Below, piece after piece: positions 60,306 through 64,000 of a stretch of DNA of 64,000 nucleotides. This stretch comes from Spirochaetia bacterium. Lineage in GTDB: Bacteria; Spirochaetota; Spirochaetia; DSM-16054; Sediminispirochaetaceae. Below the pieces are notes generated by a model that was not told the DNA's origin, searched no databases, and saw only the letters and a program-made list of their open reading frames with translations. Numbering within the stretch: position 1 is the stretch's first letter; each line of letters starts with the position of its first letter. The translations under genes and the position numbers were made by a program. The DNA lies in contig JAXHMY010000001.1 of the NCBI GenBank assembly GCA_034520965.1, forward strand, positions 224,001-288,000, written 5' to 3'.

Positions 60306-62246
60306 ATGGGACATGGAAAAAAAACTAAGCTTTCAATACCTCTACTTCTAACCGTTCTCGTTCCCATTGTCGGAGGGGTATTATTTTTTGCTCTGGTTTT
60401 AATATCCTTCGAAGTGGCTCGTGATATCGCGGTCGATGAGCAAGAAAAGAAGATCGGAGAATTGGTAGAACTCACCGGGAGTTCGATTCAACGGCTTTGG
60501 ATTCAACCAAGAAATAACACAGTACTGGCACTATCGCGCAGTTCTACCCTGCACAAACGGATAGAGGGAAATATTTCCTTCGGGGTGCTCGCTCAGGAAT
60601 GGGAACATGCACAACAGGTATTGGAAGGGTACTTTTTTATCTACTATGGGCTCGAAGACGGGTCTATCGAGTACTATCCGGATGGAGAGCTTCCGGAAGG
60701 ATACGATCCACGAGACCGGCCATGGTACGAGGCAGGAATGAAATCTGAAGGCGAACCAGCCTGGACGGCTCCCTATGAGGAGGCAATTACCGGTGAAATG
60801 GTTGTAAGTACCGTGGTTCCAATTAAAGGAAAGAAAAACGAGAATGATGAAAAGGACAAAATAGGGGTAATGTCCACCGATATCACCTTCAGTGGGCTTG
60901 AGGAGATACTCGAAAAGATTCAGCTGCCGAGGGGAGGTTCGGTGTTCCTTGTTGATCAAAGCGGTAGACCCTTTATCGGTACAAAGGAGGAGTATGTAAC
61001 ACAGGAGGAACTCCCCGAGAGTAGTGAAAAGCTTTTTGTGAAATCGAGCACTCCACTATCGAACGGATGGCGGGTAAGTGTCATGGTACCCCGTACATCA
61101 TTGATCGAAACATTCAAACAGCTTCGAAGGCCGATTATTACCATCTCCGCGTTTCTTGTCCTGATCGGAATTGCAATCGTTACGATCCTCGCCTGGCGTA
61201 TCGCCTCACGCGCACACCGTTTGGCGGATTACTTTACAGAAACGGTGGAAGAGTCGAAGCCACTCCGTAGACTTTTTAAAACTCGTGATGAGTTCTTATA
61301 TCTCAACAAGCAGTTCAATTATGTTGTGCACAATGCTCGATTTATGGAAGAGGAGAAACTGGCCCGAGAGCGGACCTTTCGTTTTCTTATAGAACAGGCT
61401 CCAGTAGGTTTTTTCAAATCACACAAGGATGGCAGTCTACTGTATATTAATCCGCATTGTGCGGCAATGCTGGGGTATACACAAGAGGAGGCACTCGAGC
61501 AGGTGGAATCGGTACGGCACCTATACTATGATACACAAGACAGAGAGCAATTTCTCAAGGAACTTTCGGAAAAACGTGAAGTACGGCATAAAAAGATACG
61601 CTTCCTTCGAAAAAACGGCGAACTTATCTGGATATCGATGACTGCACGTATCGTTCCCACTACAGATGACAAGGAAGAATACGAAATCGAAGGCTTTCTT
61701 ATCGACATTACCGGTGATATGGAAGAGCGCGAATCGTTGAAGATTCTGGCAGGGAGCGATCCTTTGACTGGGGCAGCTAATCGACGAGCTTTTGACGCCG
61801 CAATTGAAAAAGCGGCCCTCCATGCCATTTCCACGGGAGAGTCTGTCGCATTGATAATGTTTGATCTTGATAAGTTCAAAGAGATAAACGATACCTATGG
61901 ACATGATGTCGGTGATATCCTTTTGCGTCATGTCGTTACGGTGGCACAAAAACTTGTCCGAGGAAGCGACCTTTTTGCCCGTCTTGGCGGTGATGAGTTT
62001 TCAATACTTTTACCGGGTTCCACGGAAAAAGCTGCATTTAAGCTTGCTGAACGACTGCAAAAGGGTATTGAGAGCACCACTCCACCGAAACCTCTCTCAA
62101 CGATGCCTACCCTCAGCATTGGCATAAGCGTTCGTTCCGGCACTGAAGTTAAGGCCTCGGATTTGATGAGAGCTGCTGATTACGCTATGTACCAGGCTAA
62201 ACAGACCGGCCGCAATGCGATCAAGAGTGCCTCAGATGTGCCCTAA
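60306..62246 (+). CDS. membrane dCache-PAS-GGDEF diguanylate cyclase
   Basis: Two TM segments, YDPRDRPWY (Cache), PAS, DLDKFKEINDTYGH, I-site-like RGSD, ARLGGDEF. Confidence 0.93.
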   Translation: MGHGKKTKLSIPLLLTVLVPIVGGVLFFALVLISFEVARDIAVDEQEKKIGELVELTGSSIQRLWIQPRNNTVLALSRSSTLHKRIEGNISFGVLAQEWEHAQQVLEGYFFIYYGLEDGSIEYYPDGELPEGYDPRDRPWYEAGMKSEGEPAWTAPYEEAITGEMVVSTVVPIKGKKNENDEKDKIGVMSTDITFSGLEEILEKIQLPRGGSVFLVDQSGRPFIGTKEEYVTQEELPESSEKLFVKSSTPLSNGWRVSVMVPRTSLIETFKQLRRPIITISAFLVLIGIAIVTILAWRIASRAHRLADYFTETVEESKPLRRLFKTRDEFLYLNKQFNYVVHNARFMEEEKLARERTFRFLIEQAPVGFFKSHKDGSLLYINPHCAAMLGYTQEEALEQVESVRHLYYDTQDREQFLKELSEKREVRHKKIRFLRKNGELIWISMTARIVPTTDDKEEYEIEGFLIDITGDMEERESLKILAGSDPLTGAANRRAFDAAIEKAALHAISTGESVALIMFDLDKFKEINDTYGHDVGDILLRHVVTVAQKLVRGSDLFARLGGDEFSILLPGSTEKAAFKLAERLQKGIESTTPPKPLSTMPTLSIGISVRSGTEVKASDLMRAADYAMYQAKQTGRNAIKSASDVP

Positions 62247-62571
62247 ATGAAATACAAGTCTTTGTTCACCAGCAAAAACGTGCTCAGTGCATGGTACTGT
62301 TCACCCTGAAATAATCAGAAACTCCTGATTGCCCGGGTATAGAAAGTACTTGCATCTTTTTGACAAGTCATGATGGTATCATCTCCAGATTGTTCATACA
62401 CAACTGCATGGTTTTCGTGATCTTCAGTAGAGCTCCACATTTTGAATCTATCCATCCCACCGATAGTTGCCTTCTTTTCTCCTTTCAGGAGGATACCACT
62501 TCTCGTTATATTAGGTTGAAAACAGGGAAAAATAGTTGTCGTTAGACCGGTAGTTTTAATTGTCGCTGATC

Positions 62572-63307
62572 AGAGGGCAATATTGTTCATTACATAGCAA
62601 TAAAAGAGGACATACGAGAGCGTAAGGAGCTCGAAAATCTTAAAGAGGATGTCGATAGAATTACCCAGCATGATATGAGGTCTTCACTAAACGGCATAAT
62701 CGGTGTTCCCCAAGTACTTATGGAAGATGAGAACATAACCGACACCCAACGGCAGTACCTTCAGATGATAATAGAGTCGGGACAAAATATTCTAAACATG
62801 ATCAATCTTTCACTTACCATATACAAGATCGAACAGGGAACTTACGAGCCTACCGAAAGCGAGTTTGATGTATTAAATATTTTCAAACAATGCAAAACAA
62901 ATTATGATCTACATCTCAATAGCAAGAATATAGAATTTATTACCTATACCGATGGTTTTGATTCAGCAAATCCCAACCATATCATGGTTAAAGGAGAGGA
63001 ATTGCTAGCTTACTCGGTGATATCTAACTTAGTTAAAAATGCGATAGAGGCTTCTCCATCTGGTGGTACAGTGGAGGTGTGTTTAAGCAATTCCTCCAAA
63101 ATTATAATTACTATTAATAACCAAGGCGCGGTACCGCAGAATATTCGAGATACCTTTTTCGACAAGTATACTACGAGCGGAAAAGATAATGGGACTGGAC
63201 TGGGGACCTACAGTGCTAAAATATTGGCTGAAGCTCAAGGGTGGGAGATTTCAATGCACACATCTGAAGTAGAGGGGACTACAACAACTCTTACTATTCC
63301 AAAATAG
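62572..63307 (+). pseudogene. 5'-truncated PAS-HisKA-HATPase histidine kinase
   Basis: In-frame upstream of ATG 62675 is EGNIVHYIAIKEDIRERK...ITQHDMR (PAC end and H-box), preceded by an in-frame TGA. Also NLVKNAIEAS and GTGLGTY. Confidence 0.7.
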
Positions 63308-63405
63308 CTCCATAAGCGGGGTCTTGAAAGTGGCAAATGTTTATTCTTTTTATCATTTGATTTATAATTATATTATCATTATAATGTTAATATATGGAGG
63401 TTTAT

Positions 63406-63663
63406 ATGCCGATTATTCGCCCTATTTCAGATCTTCGCAATAACTTTTCTAGCATTTCGGAAACTGTACATACCGATGATGAACCTGTTTTTCTTACAAA
63501 AAATGGTATTGGCGATATGGTTGTTATGTCTCTTGACTATTATGAGAAACAATTTGCAAGAATCGAACTCTATCGGAAATTGAATGAAGCTCGTGATGAT
63601 ATTAATAATGGAGCAAAGGGAAAGGATGCTCGCTCTGTTATTAAAGATTTGATGAATAAATGA
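63406..63663 (+). CDS. Phd/YefM-family antitoxin
   Basis: MPIIRPISDLRN...PVFLTKNG...VVMS. RBS GGAGG. Confidence 0.9.
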   Translation: MPIIRPISDLRNNFSSISETVHTDDEPVFLTKNGIGDMVVMSLDYYEKQFARIELYRKLNEARDDINNGAKGKDARSVIKDLMNK

Positions 63664-63968
63664 GCTCTAAGAAGTATCAAGTCACCATTTATCCGACTGC
63701 AGAAACCGACCTTCTGGAAATTAAAGACTATTTTGAGAATAAATTAAAAATTACTCCCAATAATCTATTCCAGAAATTCTATGATAGCCTTGATTTACTT
63801 GAAACTAATCCATTAATACATCCTTTATTGAAGGATAAATACTTGCATCAACTTGGATATAGGATGTTTCCTATTGATAATTTCCTGGTATTCTATGTAA
63901 TCGAGAATAATGAAGTACAAATACACCGATTCTTATATGGTAAGCGCGATTATTTACTGATTCTTTAA
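63660..63968 (+). CDS. RelE/ParE-family toxin
   Basis: Motifs AETDLLEIKDY, YRMFPIDNFLVFY, VQIHRFLYGKRD. ATGA overlap with the antitoxin. Confidence 0.88.
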   Translation: MSSKKYQVTIYPTAETDLLEIKDYFENKLKITPNNLFQKFYDSLDLLETNPLIHPLLKDKYLHQLGYRMFPIDNFLVFYVIENNEVQIHRFLYGKRDYLLIL

Positions 63969-64000
63969 TCTATTGGCAGCCCAATTGGAAATGGCAAGTA

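Overview
A 64 kb bacterial window, most likely from a Spirochaetaceae-type anaerobe. This is inferred from 'FAGGQKE/SAGGQQE'-style solute-binding-protein N-termini, and no marker gene is present to confirm it. Contents, left to right: (1) proA-proB and a FecCD-type ABC importer. (2) Purine locus I: adenine deaminase, two NCS2 permeases and a two-subunit Mo-hydroxylase with no flavoprotein. (3) folE2-queD. (4) A compact operon encoding a ThDP decarboxylase, a HisC-like aminotransferase, an Opu/Pro-type ABC importer and an aldehyde dehydrogenase, which looks like an Ehrlich/AruHI-type pathway for an unknown amino-acid-like osmolyte. (5) A ROK-regulated beta-1,3-glucan (laminarin) locus (ABC transporter, GH161-like and GH94 phosphorylases, cupin, GH30, CBM4-GH16) bracketed by a 38-bp direct repeat. 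(6) Purine locus II: ygfK-ssnA-ygeY-xdh-deaminase-ygeW, with two divergent fold-type II PLP enzymes where dpaL would be expected. (7) An accessory end with two REC-PAS-HisKA_2 kinases, vapBC, an ATPase remnant split by a palindromic insertion, a diguanylate cyclase, a truncated kinase and a Phd/ParE-type TA pair. A TGTTGY-N4-TGTTGYA direct-repeat motif occurs four times in the three purine-catabolism intergenic regions. At least eight genes carry apparent single-base frameshifts, most likely assembly errors. No rRNA, tRNA, CRISPR array or transposase was recognised.
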